This document shows, in pieces, positions 1 to 11,800 of a stretch of 64,000 bases of DNA. The notes under the pieces were generated by a model. That model did not search any database. It was not told the origin of the DNA and saw nothing but the letters and a program-made list of their open reading frames with translations. Origin of the DNA: Candidatus Aenigmatarchaeota archaeon. Lineage in GTDB: Archaea > Aenigmatarchaeota > Aenigmatarchaeia > Aenigmatarchaeales > Aenigmatarchaeaceae. The number at the start of each line of letters is the position of its first letter. Position 1 is the stretch's first letter. Made by a program: the position numbers and the translations under genes. The stretch covers positions 1 through 64,000 of the forward strand of contig JBDRJK010000019.1 in NCBI GenBank assembly GCA_043814985.1. Direction: 5' to 3'.

Positions 1-4
1 CGGA

Positions 5-3000
5 GTGATTGTGTGGATTGATGATGAACCAGTATTGAATGCATGGAGGGACAGGGGCTACAAGACTGACACGTTCGTTGTTACGCTTGACGAAGGCTAC
101 CACAACGTGAGGATTGATTACTATGAGAACGGAGGGAGTGCGAAACTCTCGTTCAGCTACACATCACCGCCTCTGGGTTGCGATTCCCAATGCCAGTTGC
201 AAAGCTTCTCTTCTGGGGAATGTGTATATGGAACACAACCTCAAGAAACAGAAATTTTATTTTATACACAAAAAAATGCTAATGCTATTGAATCCAATTA
301 TGAAAGTTATGCCGAATACTATGACATGATCGATAACTCTTACCCTTGGACACCCACCTATGTGGGACAAATGAAAACCCTGAATTCTAAACTTAACGTT
401 ATACATTATTCAAGTGCAACTGGTATTTATGGAACGCCAGACTTTGACTATACCTCTTCACGTGGCTGGCTTTTGAAAGACAGTTCTGGCAACTACATCA
501 TTGATTCTGGATGGGGAGCTTACTACCTAGATATCGGAAACTCTGCTGTAAGTCACTGGTTGGGTCAACGCCTAAAAGATTATATTGACGAGGGTTATGA
601 CGGAATATTTTTAGACAATTGCCATCCGTTTCTTGTTGGTGTTGAAGTTGCCATTAATCCTAGAACAGGCCAGCCTTATTGGAGTGATACTTGGCCTCAT
701 ACGAGTGATGTTTTTGTTAATGATATGGTAAAACACATCGCAATTTTAAAAACCTATCTGCCCAACTCACTTCTTATAGGGAATGTCATTACCGATTCTG
801 GAGTTGTCAGCCACAGCTATTATGGTTTGAAGGAAAAGTCTGACAAAATCATAAATGTCTTGGACGGGGGCATGGCAGAGTTTTGGATTTCAGACCTTAA
901 TGACTGGCACGGTGAAGACGGATGGAAGGCAGGAATAGACTTGCTGCAGGAAATGAACTCAAGAGGAGACTTTATTTTTGTTCCGACAGACAGGAACAGC
1001 GCTTCAGAGCAGGGTGCTTGGTATTCCTTTGCCAGTTTCCTGATCGGTGTGGACGATTTTGAGCATACATATTTGTGGAGCCATTCGATAGACCCCACTG
1101 GCTATGCCGTTTCAAAAGAAATAATGAGCATGGATGTTGGTCAACCTTTGGGAGACTATTACAAGCGCTCTGATGGAGTTTATGTCCGTGAATTTTCGAA
1201 AGTTGATGTTTATGTCAACCCGTCAGATGTTGTAAGGGGCGGCATGCAGCCTCATACTGGAAGGGTAATAGAAAAGACAACACAATCAACATCACAAGCC
1301 TCATCATCATGCACAGGAACGTCAATATACAATGGGGAATGCTTACCTGGTGAGTGTTGCTGTTCTGGGACTCCAACAGAAACAGAACCAGTTACATTTG
1401 TTCAGTTTACTGACACACATTTCGGAGGAGGAAGTTATGGCGGTAATCTCGACTCAGTCTCACTAACCCAGAATGCCATCCAGCTGGTAAAGGACAAGTC
1501 AAGGCATGGTTTTGATGTTGATTTCGTGGTTGTGACAGGCGACTTGGTCGGCGACCCGTCCGATTACGCTTACCAGCAGGCAGAAAGCACTCTGGACAAT
1601 CTGAACCCAATTCCATACTACACGCTTGTCGGAAACCACGACTATAATTTTGATATGTATCTCGATTATTTTAGTGAGCACCAAACAGACCCAACAAGCA
1701 AGCGTTATGTTATAGATTATCCCGATGTTAGGGTAGTGACTATTGCACATAACGATGGAAGCCCTGGAGGAAACCCAGAGAACCCAACAATAACCCAAGA
1801 TGAACTGAATTTCCTAGACTCTTCTTTGTTAACAAACAAGCCTTCCATACTGGCCATGCACCATTTGGTGACTGGAACCTCCAGTTATCAGATTGCAAAT
1901 CCAGAAGACGTTATAGACATTATGAACAATCATCCTAATTCACCACTTGCAATAAGCGGTCATTTACATGCCAACCAGTTCATACAGGATGGTGATTTTT
2001 ACCAGTCAGTCATGGGTGGGACAGGCGCAGCATACGGTGGCACTTCAGGTTATGTGACCTTCTTCACAGTTTATTCAGACCATATTGAAATCCAATACTG
2101 GAGATCGAGCAATGCAAACTTTTATTATAATCCTGAAAGAGTTGACACGCGCATAGTCCCATTTGGAACACCTTCTGGAGATTGCACGCCAGGCAACGAC
2201 ATAATCGAGGAAACAGAATACCCGTCAGGCTCTTGTTCAGCAACTTCAGATTTGAAGTGGTCTCACTCGAACTGCGGTGAAGAAAGCGTCTGCAAGCAGG
2301 GCAACTGCGTTGATGTTGATGCTGACCTAACCTCCTATTCAACACCATCAGGCAAGATAGCCAGAAGCGACTCGTTATCAATACCCTACACCATCAGGAA
2401 CACCGGCCAAACCCAATGGTGCTTCCTCACAGAGACAGAATTGACAAAGGCCAACGGTGACAATGAATGGAGTACCAATTACAACTCATTATCGCCAGGC
2501 AACTCAGCCTCTGATTCATTATCCTACCAAGTCTCATGTTCCGATCCTTTGGGCCCATGGTCAGGTAAACTTTACACAACCACTGGCCTGTACGACAACC
2601 AAGCCTGGGACGTCTGGGGACCTGTCAATCATAACTTCCAGGTCGTCGAGTGTCTGAACAACCAGGACTGTGTTAATTGTCGCGGTTCAGGATACACATG
2701 CGAAAACAATGTATGCAGCTCAGGAACACAAGACTCCTGCTATGACGAGTGCCTGTCAAGGCCGGAAGGTTTCTCATATGGAGAATGTGTGGCTGAAACT
2801 GATACAGAAGATTGGGTCCCCTCTGATGCTGAGCTCTGGTTCAGTGCAAATTTTGAAAACACTAACTTTATTAACCCATATGATATTGACAATAACGGAA
2901 GGTTTAGTGGTGAAAGTTGGGACAATGTCGATTATCTAGTTCGTAGAATTCATAAAATGGCTATTGTTACTGATCCAGTAAATTCTAACAACAAAGTTTT

Positions 3001-5767
3001 GCGAGTGGTTTACGCTGGAAACACCGGAAGTGAGCATCCTAATGGTCTTGATGAGCCAAACAGACCAGATGTTGAATTATACGTTGATGATTCATCAGAA
3101 TACTGGTTCAGCGGTTGGTATTATTTTCCTTCAAGTTTTCAGATTTATGAATGGTATCTTTTTGGTTCTGACTGGGGTGGTTGGAGTGGAAGTAACGCTG
3201 CTACTTATGGGAATGGCATCTTAGGTGGTGTTGGATTTAGTGTTGATGGTGACCGTAGTGTTAGTATACATTCCAGTTATTATTCTGCTCCAAATTGGAA
3301 TAATGCTACTTATTTTATAACCTACACTACAATTGGTATACTTCCTTTAGGTAGATGGTTTAATGTTCATTGGCACTTGAAACTAAGTAGTGGTTCTGAT
3401 GGTGTTGTGCAAGTTTGGTTTGATGAATCAGATATAAATGCAGAACCAACATTCGAGTATTATGGACAAAACAAACCTCCAAGTTATCCAAGCGATGCAA
3501 GTTTTTCTATTTCAGTTGCTGATCATTACATGCACGTTAATGGCGACATTTATGGTGAACAGCCTCAATATACAGATAATGTCAAAGTGTGGATTAAAGG
3601 CGATGGAAGCGCTTCCACATCAACTGCTACCTGCTCAGGCACGTCAATCGGTCAGGACGGCTGCTCCTCAGGAATATGTTGCTGCTCTGGAACATCAGGC
3701 CAATGCACTCCAGGCAACGACATCATCGAGGAAACAGAATATCCTTCTGGTCAATGTTCATCCTCATCCACGTTAAAGTGGTCTCATTCTACTTGTGGTA
3801 ACGGTGTATGCTACCAGGGAACATGCAAGGATGTTGATGCTTATCTGACATACACACCACCAGCAGGAAAAATAGCAAGGAGCGATTCGGTGTCAATACC
3901 TTTTACCATTGAAAACACAGGAGACATTTCATGGTGCCTGCTGACAGAAATGGCTCTGACAAAGTATGATGGTTCAGGAGAATGGAGACATAGGTTAAAC
4001 TCTTTGTCAACAGGCAGTTCAGCTTCTGATTCGGTTTCCTACCAGGTAGAGTGTTCTGACCCGTTGGGACAATGGTCAGGTTCACTTTACACGACAACAG
4101 GCTGGTACAGGAACCAAGCTTGGGATGTGTGGGGACCAGTCAACTACAATTTCCAGGTTGTTGAATGCTTGAATAATGCAGACTGTTCCAACTGCCGCGG
4201 TTCCGGTTACACCTGCGACACATCTAGCAACACTTGCAAGTCAGGAACTCCTCCTGATACTTCTGACATACTGCAAAATATTGCTGACTGGGATACAAAT
4301 TCTATTGAGGATTCAGAATGGTGGGAAAGGAATACCATGGCTGCAACAGCAAGACTGTACCTTAATCACAGAGTTTCAGAAGCAAACGATTGGCTAGACC
4401 AGACAACTGATGCACAGGGAACAGAGAAATATGGAGCAATAAGCAATAAAAAGTATCCTCATCCTTATATGGAATCTAATGGTGCTTCTCATGACTGGGA
4501 TTTTGTTAATACATTCATTATCCGTGCTTATTTCCAGTTCAGGGGAACTGGCAAGCTTACATCAGCTGCTGAAAACAACATGAGAAACGTGCTTTCAAAC
4601 AGGGCCGGAACTCCTTCCTATGAAGATCCTAATTTTGGTTACTCCGAAAATCATGAAGCCATGATTGTTTCCGCTGGTTATTTTGGTAACATGATAACAG
4701 GTGGAAGCAACAGTCAAAACGAGGCATGGCTTATTGACTTCCTCGATGATAAACTAGAGCATCATTATTATGAAATGAACTCTCCGACCTATATGGGAGC
4801 AGAGTTCCGCGTTTTGTGGAATCTGTATGATTTTGCTGCTAGCTCAACTATCAGAAACAAGGCAAAGGCTGTTTTGGACATGCTGCTTGCCGAGCATGCA
4901 ATGATCAATATTGATGGCATGCGCGGAGGTCCCTTCTACAGGTATTACGGAGTGCATGTTGTTGACCAAAGCACTGATTATGCTTACAGAATTTCTCAGG
5001 TTTATTTTGATACATCCGCTGATTATGGGGGTACACGTTTCATAAACATATTTGCTTGGTTCTCTTCATACGAAGTGCCTCAGATAATCAAGGACATAGC
5101 CAATGGAAACAAGCAACCTTTTGTGTTAAAGTCAAGACGTTATTCAGTGCCTACCTATTATTATGTAACTCCCCATGCTGTCCTAGCCACTGGCCAAGGA
5201 GACTTCCCAGATAGTTTTTTCGATAGTGATTATGCTCAGGACAGCACAGGAGGAAGGGCTCACATTTGGGACATTCTCTTTGACACGTCCCCGAGGAAGG
5301 TTATATTCAGCGGTGATGAATTCAAACAATACTTCTACGATGAAGCTGACGCAGTCCAATACAAGAATGTTCTCATAACATCCAGGAGCGAGACAATAAA
5401 CTATGTTGGTGTTACAAAAGTCACTGAGAGTAACTGGAATTTTGTACAGGAAGGCAGGACCTTTGTTGCGGTCAGGAATCCATTATCCAATGGAAGAATA
5501 ATTGTGGAGATGAGGGATGCTGACGATTACGGCAGAACATTCAGTGAATTCAAAGCAGACATCAAGGACAATTCAGTTTCAGTCTCAGGCGACAGGGTCA
5601 CTTACACGAACACCTTTGGCGAGACAATAACATCTCCTACAAGATATACAATAGATGGAGATTCATTCTCCTACAAGCTGTTTGACAGCCCATACCTTGT
5701 TTCTAACTGGGGAAGCGGCGTCATCACAGTGAAATGGGGAGGTAGTGAATACATAATTCAGAGATAA
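5..5767 (+). CDS. Giant multidomain extracellular enzyme, 5'-truncated: PA14-like, TIM-barrel glycoside hydrolase-like, metallophosphoesterase, two Ig/CARDB-like repeats, polysaccharide-lyase-like domain and heparinase II/III-like C-terminus
   Basis: 1920-aa ORF open at the window edge. PA14-type 'VWIDD...GYHNVRIDYYENGG'; 'GYDGIFLDN'; phosphoesterase motifs DTH, GD, GNHD, HH, GHLH; duplicated ~180-aa module; CxxGxCCCSG linkers. Confidence 0.75.
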   Translation: MIVWIDDEPVLNAWRDRGYKTDTFVVTLDEGYHNVRIDYYENGGSAKLSFSYTSPPLGCDSQCQLQSFSSGECVYGTQPQETEILFYTQKNANAIESNYESYAEYYDMIDNSYPWTPTYVGQMKTLNSKLNVIHYSSATGIYGTPDFDYTSSRGWLLKDSSGNYIIDSGWGAYYLDIGNSAVSHWLGQRLKDYIDEGYDGIFLDNCHPFLVGVEVAINPRTGQPYWSDTWPHTSDVFVNDMVKHIAILKTYLPNSLLIGNVITDSGVVSHSYYGLKEKSDKIINVLDGGMAEFWISDLNDWHGEDGWKAGIDLLQEMNSRGDFIFVPTDRNSASEQGAWYSFASFLIGVDDFEHTYLWSHSIDPTGYAVSKEIMSMDVGQPLGDYYKRSDGVYVREFSKVDVYVNPSDVVRGGMQPHTGRVIEKTTQSTSQASSSCTGTSIYNGECLPGECCCSGTPTETEPVTFVQFTDTHFGGGSYGGNLDSVSLTQNAIQLVKDKSRHGFDVDFVVVTGDLVGDPSDYAYQQAESTLDNLNPIPYYTLVGNHDYNFDMYLDYFSEHQTDPTSKRYVIDYPDVRVVTIAHNDGSPGGNPENPTITQDELNFLDSSLLTNKPSILAMHHLVTGTSSYQIANPEDVIDIMNNHPNSPLAISGHLHANQFIQDGDFYQSVMGGTGAAYGGTSGYVTFFTVYSDHIEIQYWRSSNANFYYNPERVDTRIVPFGTPSGDCTPGNDIIEETEYPSGSCSATSDLKWSHSNCGEESVCKQGNCVDVDADLTSYSTPSGKIARSDSLSIPYTIRNTGQTQWCFLTETELTKANGDNEWSTNYNSLSPGNSASDSLSYQVSCSDPLGPWSGKLYTTTGLYDNQAWDVWGPVNHNFQVVECLNNQDCVNCRGSGYTCENNVCSSGTQDSCYDECLSRPEGFSYGECVAETDTEDWVPSDAELWFSANFENTNFINPYDIDNNGRFSGESWDNVDYLVRRIHKMAIVTDPVNSNNKVLRVVYAGNTGSEHPNGLDEPNRPDVELYVDDSSEYWFSGWYYFPSSFQIYEWYLFGSDWGGWSGSNAATYGNGILGGVGFSVDGDRSVSIHSSYYSAPNWNNATYFITYTTIGILPLGRWFNVHWHLKLSSGSDGVVQVWFDESDINAEPTFEYYGQNKPPSYPSDASFSISVADHYMHVNGDIYGEQPQYTDNVKVWIKGDGSASTSTATCSGTSIGQDGCSSGICCCSGTSGQCTPGNDIIEETEYPSGQCSSSSTLKWSHSTCGNGVCYQGTCKDVDAYLTYTPPAGKIARSDSVSIPFTIENTGDISWCLLTEMALTKYDGSGEWRHRLNSLSTGSSASDSVSYQVECSDPLGQWSGSLYTTTGWYRNQAWDVWGPVNYNFQVVECLNNADCSNCRGSGYTCDTSSNTCKSGTPPDTSDILQNIADWDTNSIEDSEWWERNTMAATARLYLNHRVSEANDWLDQTTDAQGTEKYGAISNKKYPHPYMESNGASHDWDFVNTFIIRAYFQFRGTGKLTSAAENNMRNVLSNRAGTPSYEDPNFGYSENHEAMIVSAGYFGNMITGGSNSQNEAWLIDFLDDKLEHHYYEMNSPTYMGAEFRVLWNLYDFAASSTIRNKAKAVLDMLLAEHAMINIDGMRGGPFYRYYGVHVVDQSTDYAYRISQVYFDTSADYGGTRFINIFAWFSSYEVPQIIKDIANGNKQPFVLKSRRYSVPTYYYVTPHAVLATGQGDFPDSFFDSDYAQDSTGGRAHIWDILFDTSPRKVIFSGDEFKQYFYDEADAVQYKNVLITSRSETINYVGVTKVTESNWNFVQEGRTFVAVRNPLSNGRIIVEMRDADDYGRTFSEFKADIKDNSVSVSGDRVTYTNTFGETITSPTRYTIDGDSFSYKLFDSPYLVSNWGSGVITVKWGGSEYIIQR
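2180..4240 (+). repeat. Internal duplication of a ~540-nt module (~2180-2720 and ~3700-4240)
   Basis: 'CTPGNDIIEETEYPSG...NQAWDVWGPVNxNFQVVECLNN...CRGSGYTC' occurs twice with strong nucleotide similarity. Confidence 0.9.
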
Positions 5768-5814
5768 GCCTTTAAGTGTAGTTTTATTAGACAAACAATA
5801 GAAATATTTTATAT

Positions 5815-8800
5815 ATGAGGGGCGTTGAGCTTTCAATTCTTGCCTTAGTATTAGTTGTAATGCTTACAATAACAGCGATTTCTATCATAGGCCCAGTTTT
5901 AAGTGTATTCGGGGCAACGACACCAGGAGCAACTGCCGATTCTGTGAAGACCTCTGCCTGCTATGTCCTTCAGGCTGCAGGATGTGAGAATCCCAGCTCA
6001 GTCAGAATTGATTTTGATGCTGACATGAACGGCGTTATTGACAACAATGATGATTTGCAGGATTTGTGCGACAATTATTACAATGCAGGAGGGAGCGTAG
6101 CTGAGTGTAAAAAACAGTGCAGGTGCATACCGAGCTATCAAGGAACCACGTCAGACAATGGCGGAGGAACTGAACCGCCAGATGAGGAACCGCCTGATGA
6201 AGAAATAACATTTGGTAGCTGCGAAGAAGCGTGCCAGAGCAATGATTTTATTTCTGGTGATTGTGTAGCTGAAGGCACCTTAGAAAACACTAAACTGTAT
6301 GTTGATGGTACTGTCATAAAAAGTCCCTCTGGAAATCCAATAAGACTACAAGGATTTAATGTTGAGCCAAGAGACATAGACGAAGAAGGAGTACAATGGT
6401 TAAAGGATAATGGATTCAATTATCTGCGAGTGAATATTTTTTGGCATAGATTCGAGCCTACAGAAGACGTTTGGGACAACACCTATGTTACTTACTTAGA
6501 TAACCTATTGGAGTGGTGTGAAGAAAACAATATCTATGTAAACTTAGCTTTAATGCAGTGGCAGTGGAGCCCATATTTCAAATATTACTCATCAGGAGGA
6601 GGTACAGGCTTTCCTTCTTGGCTAATAAGCGAAGGGAATTATGAGGATTCCGCCATTGGTTTGAGAGATTGCATTGCCGACTTCTATATGGAACGCAACA
6701 GCCATGGAATCAAAATGAGGCAGGAGTTCTACGAGTTCTGGGACTTCATAATAAACAGATACATGGACAACCCCTATGTCGCAGCATACGAAGTGATAAA
6801 TGAGCCGCTTATTGCAAAACAAGTCTATCATGTTTCCGGAGTCAACGCTGCGGTAATGGACTTGTACGAAGAATTTACAGAAAGATACAGGTCAATTGAT
6901 ACTGTAACAATTCATGTCTATCATGATTGTGGCGGCGAGAGAAAAGTCACGTATCCGAACATAGCATGGACCAAAAGCTGGTATGATGTAATGTGGGGCG
7001 GCTACTCTAGCGGAGAATACATCCAAATCGGACCAAAAATTACAGCACTCAAAAATAAATACAACATTGCCATGGGAACGCCATTTATAATCAGTGAAAT
7101 GGGGTTCACGGAAAGTGATGAAGCAAGCAATGGTGCGGAAGCATGGATCGAGGACAGCTTCGACGTCATGCGAGAAATAGGATTAAACAACGGCTACGAG
7201 AGTTATGGATGGTTTATTTACAACAAGGGAACCAAATACGGTTTCCGAACGCCTCGTAATTCTGACGGTTCAAATACTTGGATAATTCCTGTGCTTAAAA
7301 ATTATATAGAAGCTAGTTCAGGAATTTCACCATTCTATGTTGGCTTATCCAGTATTCCAAGACAGCAAGGATCACAATCACCATACGCAATTTCTTCTGT
7401 TGATGAGGTTATTTCTGTAACAAAACTAGAAAATCTCAATGTTTGGAGAATGAGTTTTCCTCCAACCTTCAGTGACTGGAAAACTTATATTCAACACTTC
7501 CTAGACAATTCCGATGCAGACTTGATTGTAGACTATTATCATTTGGATCCTGGTTCAATGAGTGACAGTCAATGGAGTGCATCAACTGCTAGAGGATTAG
7601 AAATTGCAGAAGAATTTGACAACTATCAAGACAGATTGTGGCTTGAACCATGCAACGAACAAATGAACACTGACATAGACGATAAGGCTCAGGATTTCGT
7701 TGATGCAATTAGAGAAGCAGGATATAGAAACAAAATCGTAGTCAACATTTTTTGGCAATCTGGTCGTCTTCCTATGATGAGTAGTGTAGATGACCCACTT
7801 GACAAGTTTTGGACTGGACAGCACATCTACTTCTATGATACAGGTAGTCAAGTCTGGTCTATGAGTAATGCTCAAAGCTGGATGCAGGAAGGTTTAGATG
7901 CAGGCTTAAAAATCCTTAACACAGAGTTGGGAGCTGACACTGAAGGACAAAGTTATTTCACTAACAGTGCGGTTGATAGAGTTAATGATTTCATGGCATG
8001 GTGTGCTGACAGAGAAATTAGTAACGTTGTTTGGACAATGTATGGTGACTATGACTATCCGCGCTACAAAGAGCTTGGGTTAGAGTTTCCATCAGTTGAA
8101 ACACCTATAATGTCGTCTGGTTCATGCCCCCCAGAGAACATTGTTGATTTTGACTGCCCGTCAGGTGTCTGTTGCTGCTCGGGAACACCTGTTTGTCCAG
8201 CAGAACCAGACTATCCAACTGATGAATGGGACAGGGTCTGGTGCGATATTGATTTCACAGAAAAGATTGCTGACTCGCCTGAAGAGACAAGTCTGGAGTT
8301 TGACAACAACTGGGGAATTAATCAGTTGATATCAGGTTATAATGATTACATTGGCTTCAGGTCTGGCAGGAGCATATACTTCCAGGGTGGAACATACGAA
8401 TTCATAGTGGGAGCTGACGACGGGATAAGGGTGTGGATAGATGGGAAGATAAAGGTTGACGAGTGGGTCAGGACCTCATACAAAACCTACACCTTCACTG
8501 AAACTTTGGCACAGGGCTATCACGATGTGAGGATTGATTATTATGAGGACTGGATAAATGCGCAAGTGTCCTTCAGCTATGAGAAAATTGATTCTGGTTC
8601 CTGTGTTGACGAGTGTATAGACCAGGGCTTCTCTTCTGGGGAATGCGTGGCAGAAGGTTCAGTCCAGTTCACCAAATTGCATACCGAAGGAAAATATGTA
8701 AAAAATGAAGCTGGACAAATCATTCATCTGGTAGGAGCTAATGTTTATGCTGCTGAGTGGTATCTTGGTAACATCGATGCCCAGCAATTCCAATACATGA

Positions 8801-11800
8801 AAGAATGGGGATTCAATTCTATAAGAATAACCATACCTAGTTGGACGATTATATACAATCATTGGCAGGATGCATCATTTCGTCAAAAATATTTGGATAT
8901 GATCCAATTTGCTAAAGACAATGAAATGTATGTTGTTGTCAGTGTTATGCACCTTGATGATGAAGATACAGATGAGCGTTTCAATCTTTTCACAAATACA
9001 TGGTCAACAGCAGATTGGACATATTATATTCAACACGTTAAAGATATAGTTACATTGACAAAGGATGAGGACCACGTGATTTATGACCTTTTGAACGAGC
9101 CCCTCTACCTTGAAAGTTGGGAATTCTACATGGGCATAATGGAAGATGCAGTAGATGCGGTTAGAGAAGCTGACTCCGGTCATGATGCAATCTGTATTGT
9201 TGAAGCTGGAAGTCGTGGTTATTTTGGTGAATCAAGAATGGGATTACATTTTTTTGATGATTATCCAAATGGCATAGACAAGAACAACATAATTTATTCT
9301 GACCATATTTACCAAGATGACGACTGGGCAGCTACAAGTGTATATTCTGAAGCTGACATTCGCTCAAGATTTGTGACAAGGGGTGTCTATAAACCGTTAA
9401 ATGTTAATAAACCTGTTTGGATAGGCGAGTTCAACACTGAAAAAGACTTTGTTGGTCATACAACCCTGAAAGGCGAGGAATTTCTTACAAGCGTTATGGA
9501 TATTGCCAGAAAAGACGATTTTGCTGGTTGGTGCGTTTGGGCTTGGGGACCAATAGGAAGACATGAAGTTATTGATGATTATGTTGGAACTCCGAGCGCA
9601 TCAGGAGAGGTAATAAAGAAATACTTGGAAGTATCTGCTCCCCCTACACCTGATGGTGTTCTTTGGGGAGTTAATTTAGGTGCACCCAGAGCCTATACTG
9701 AATATCCTTTTTTCAGTCAACCGGAAACCAGACAACTCTACAAGGATGCTGGAATAAAAGTTATACGACTTTTCAACACTTGGAGTTTCATGAATAATGC
9801 TGAGTCTGTTGTGGATGAAATTGAGTCTATCGGAGCTAAACCGATAATTGTGGTTGCGGAGAGCCGACTTCTTGAATTTGTAAGAAGACTTGGGACACGA
9901 GCAATATATCAAATTGGAAACGAACCAAATTATGACCAAGAAAATTATCCTACTGCTCAATCATATGCAGACTATTACAAAGAATGGGCTGACCAAGCAG
10001 TAGCTATTAATCCAGACATCAAACTTATGACGGCTGGAATTGGCGTATGGGCAGACTTAGGAAATATTAAGAATTATCCTGAAAGGGGGGTGGATTATCT
10101 AACCAAAACCGTAGCAACGGGGGCGCAAGTTGATTATGTAGCTTTTCATTACTATGCCAGCGGCACTGCTTCAGGGGATACATTTACACAATCAGATATT
10201 TATGAGAGGGCAGCAAGAGTCTCTGAAGCTATCCAAATAATCGGAGATGCAACGAATAAACCTGTTGCTGTTACTGAATGGAATTTTGGAGATTGGGAAG
10301 CTCCCCGATGGGACTTGGATGAAGCTTTCATTACTGAATACACTCGTATCACCATGGAAGGCATGAAAGATACTGCCATAAGTATACCTTGGTTTGCTCA
10401 ACATTGGGACGACCCAACAAACAATCATCCATTACCGATGCTTTATGCAGATGGAGCTCCAAAACCGTTGTATTATAAATTTAAGGAAATAGCAACAAAA
10501 TCTCCAAGTGGAGGAGCATCTACAACATCATGCCCACCAGAAAACATTGTTGATGCTGACTGTTCACCTGGTGTCTGCTGCTGTTCAGGAACACCCATAT
10601 GTCCGGAAGAGCCAACTTATCCCACAGACAGTTGGAACAGAGTCTGGTGTGATATGGATTTCACAGAGAAGTTGACAGAAACATCCGAGCCGAGCATACA
10701 GTTCAACAACGACTGGGGAACCAGCCAACTGATAGCAGGCTATGACGATTACATCGGCTTCATGTCAGGAAGAACAATCAACTTCCCAGAGAACGGCACG
10801 TACACCTTTAAAATCGGCTCGGACGATGGAGTGAGAGTTTGGATTGATGGAACAATAAGATTTGAGAATTGGACCAAGAGGTCATACAACGAGGATACTT
10901 TCACAACTTATCTTGATGCAGGTAATCATCGGTTCAGGATAGATTATTTCGAGGACTGGATAGATGCAAAAGTTTCTTTCAAGTACATGATTAACGATGA
11001 ACCTTCAGTGACGGATACTTGTGGTTCTGCTTGTAGTGACAGAGACTATTCAACAGGAACATGTAGGTCAGAAACGTCTGGTGGAACTTTAACACCAAAC
11101 GAATTGGCTAATTCGCCTGATAAGTGGAAGTTTATTGCTGGTCACGGTGGTGCTGGCAGCGTCAATACTTTTATGCCTGAAGATATAGCACAGCACGTTA
11201 TGGGGTTGGGTGCTAACGGAATTTACATTGGGGTTTACACTGATAACTGGGGTAATCCGAAGGCAATTCAAAGGAATGGGTTAACTCAGACAGATCATAG
11301 ACTGCGTTATGCAAATGAAATTCATCGTTTAAGCGGTTTGGTGTACATGCAGAATTACCCATATTCGTTTGAGTTGGACACCAACTGGACTAAACATGTG
11401 ATAAAACAAACAGAAGTAATCTACAACACCAACGGTATGCAAGATACATATATCGAATGGAGCAAAAGAGCTGTTGTCGGCGGTTACTGGCAGGATGACA
11501 CCTACGTAGAAGGTTTAAACCCTGACGTTATTCAGATAATGAATGAAGTTAAAGGTGATCAAGAAACCAGTTATGCTTCCGCAGAGTTTTGGGATAATTA
11601 TATTGCCTTTTGTAACAGGTTTATGGCTGAAATCTCAAAGGTTAAGTCAAATGCTGTCTTCACTGTTAGTAGTGTTCCGTTTTGGGATTTGAAGGAGATT
11701 GCAAAACATGCTCACAGGTTTATTGTTCCGTCCGGGTCTAAACTTTACTTTTCATTCCATTACTATTATGCTCTTTGGAATTCAGTTCCGTCTAGCTGGG

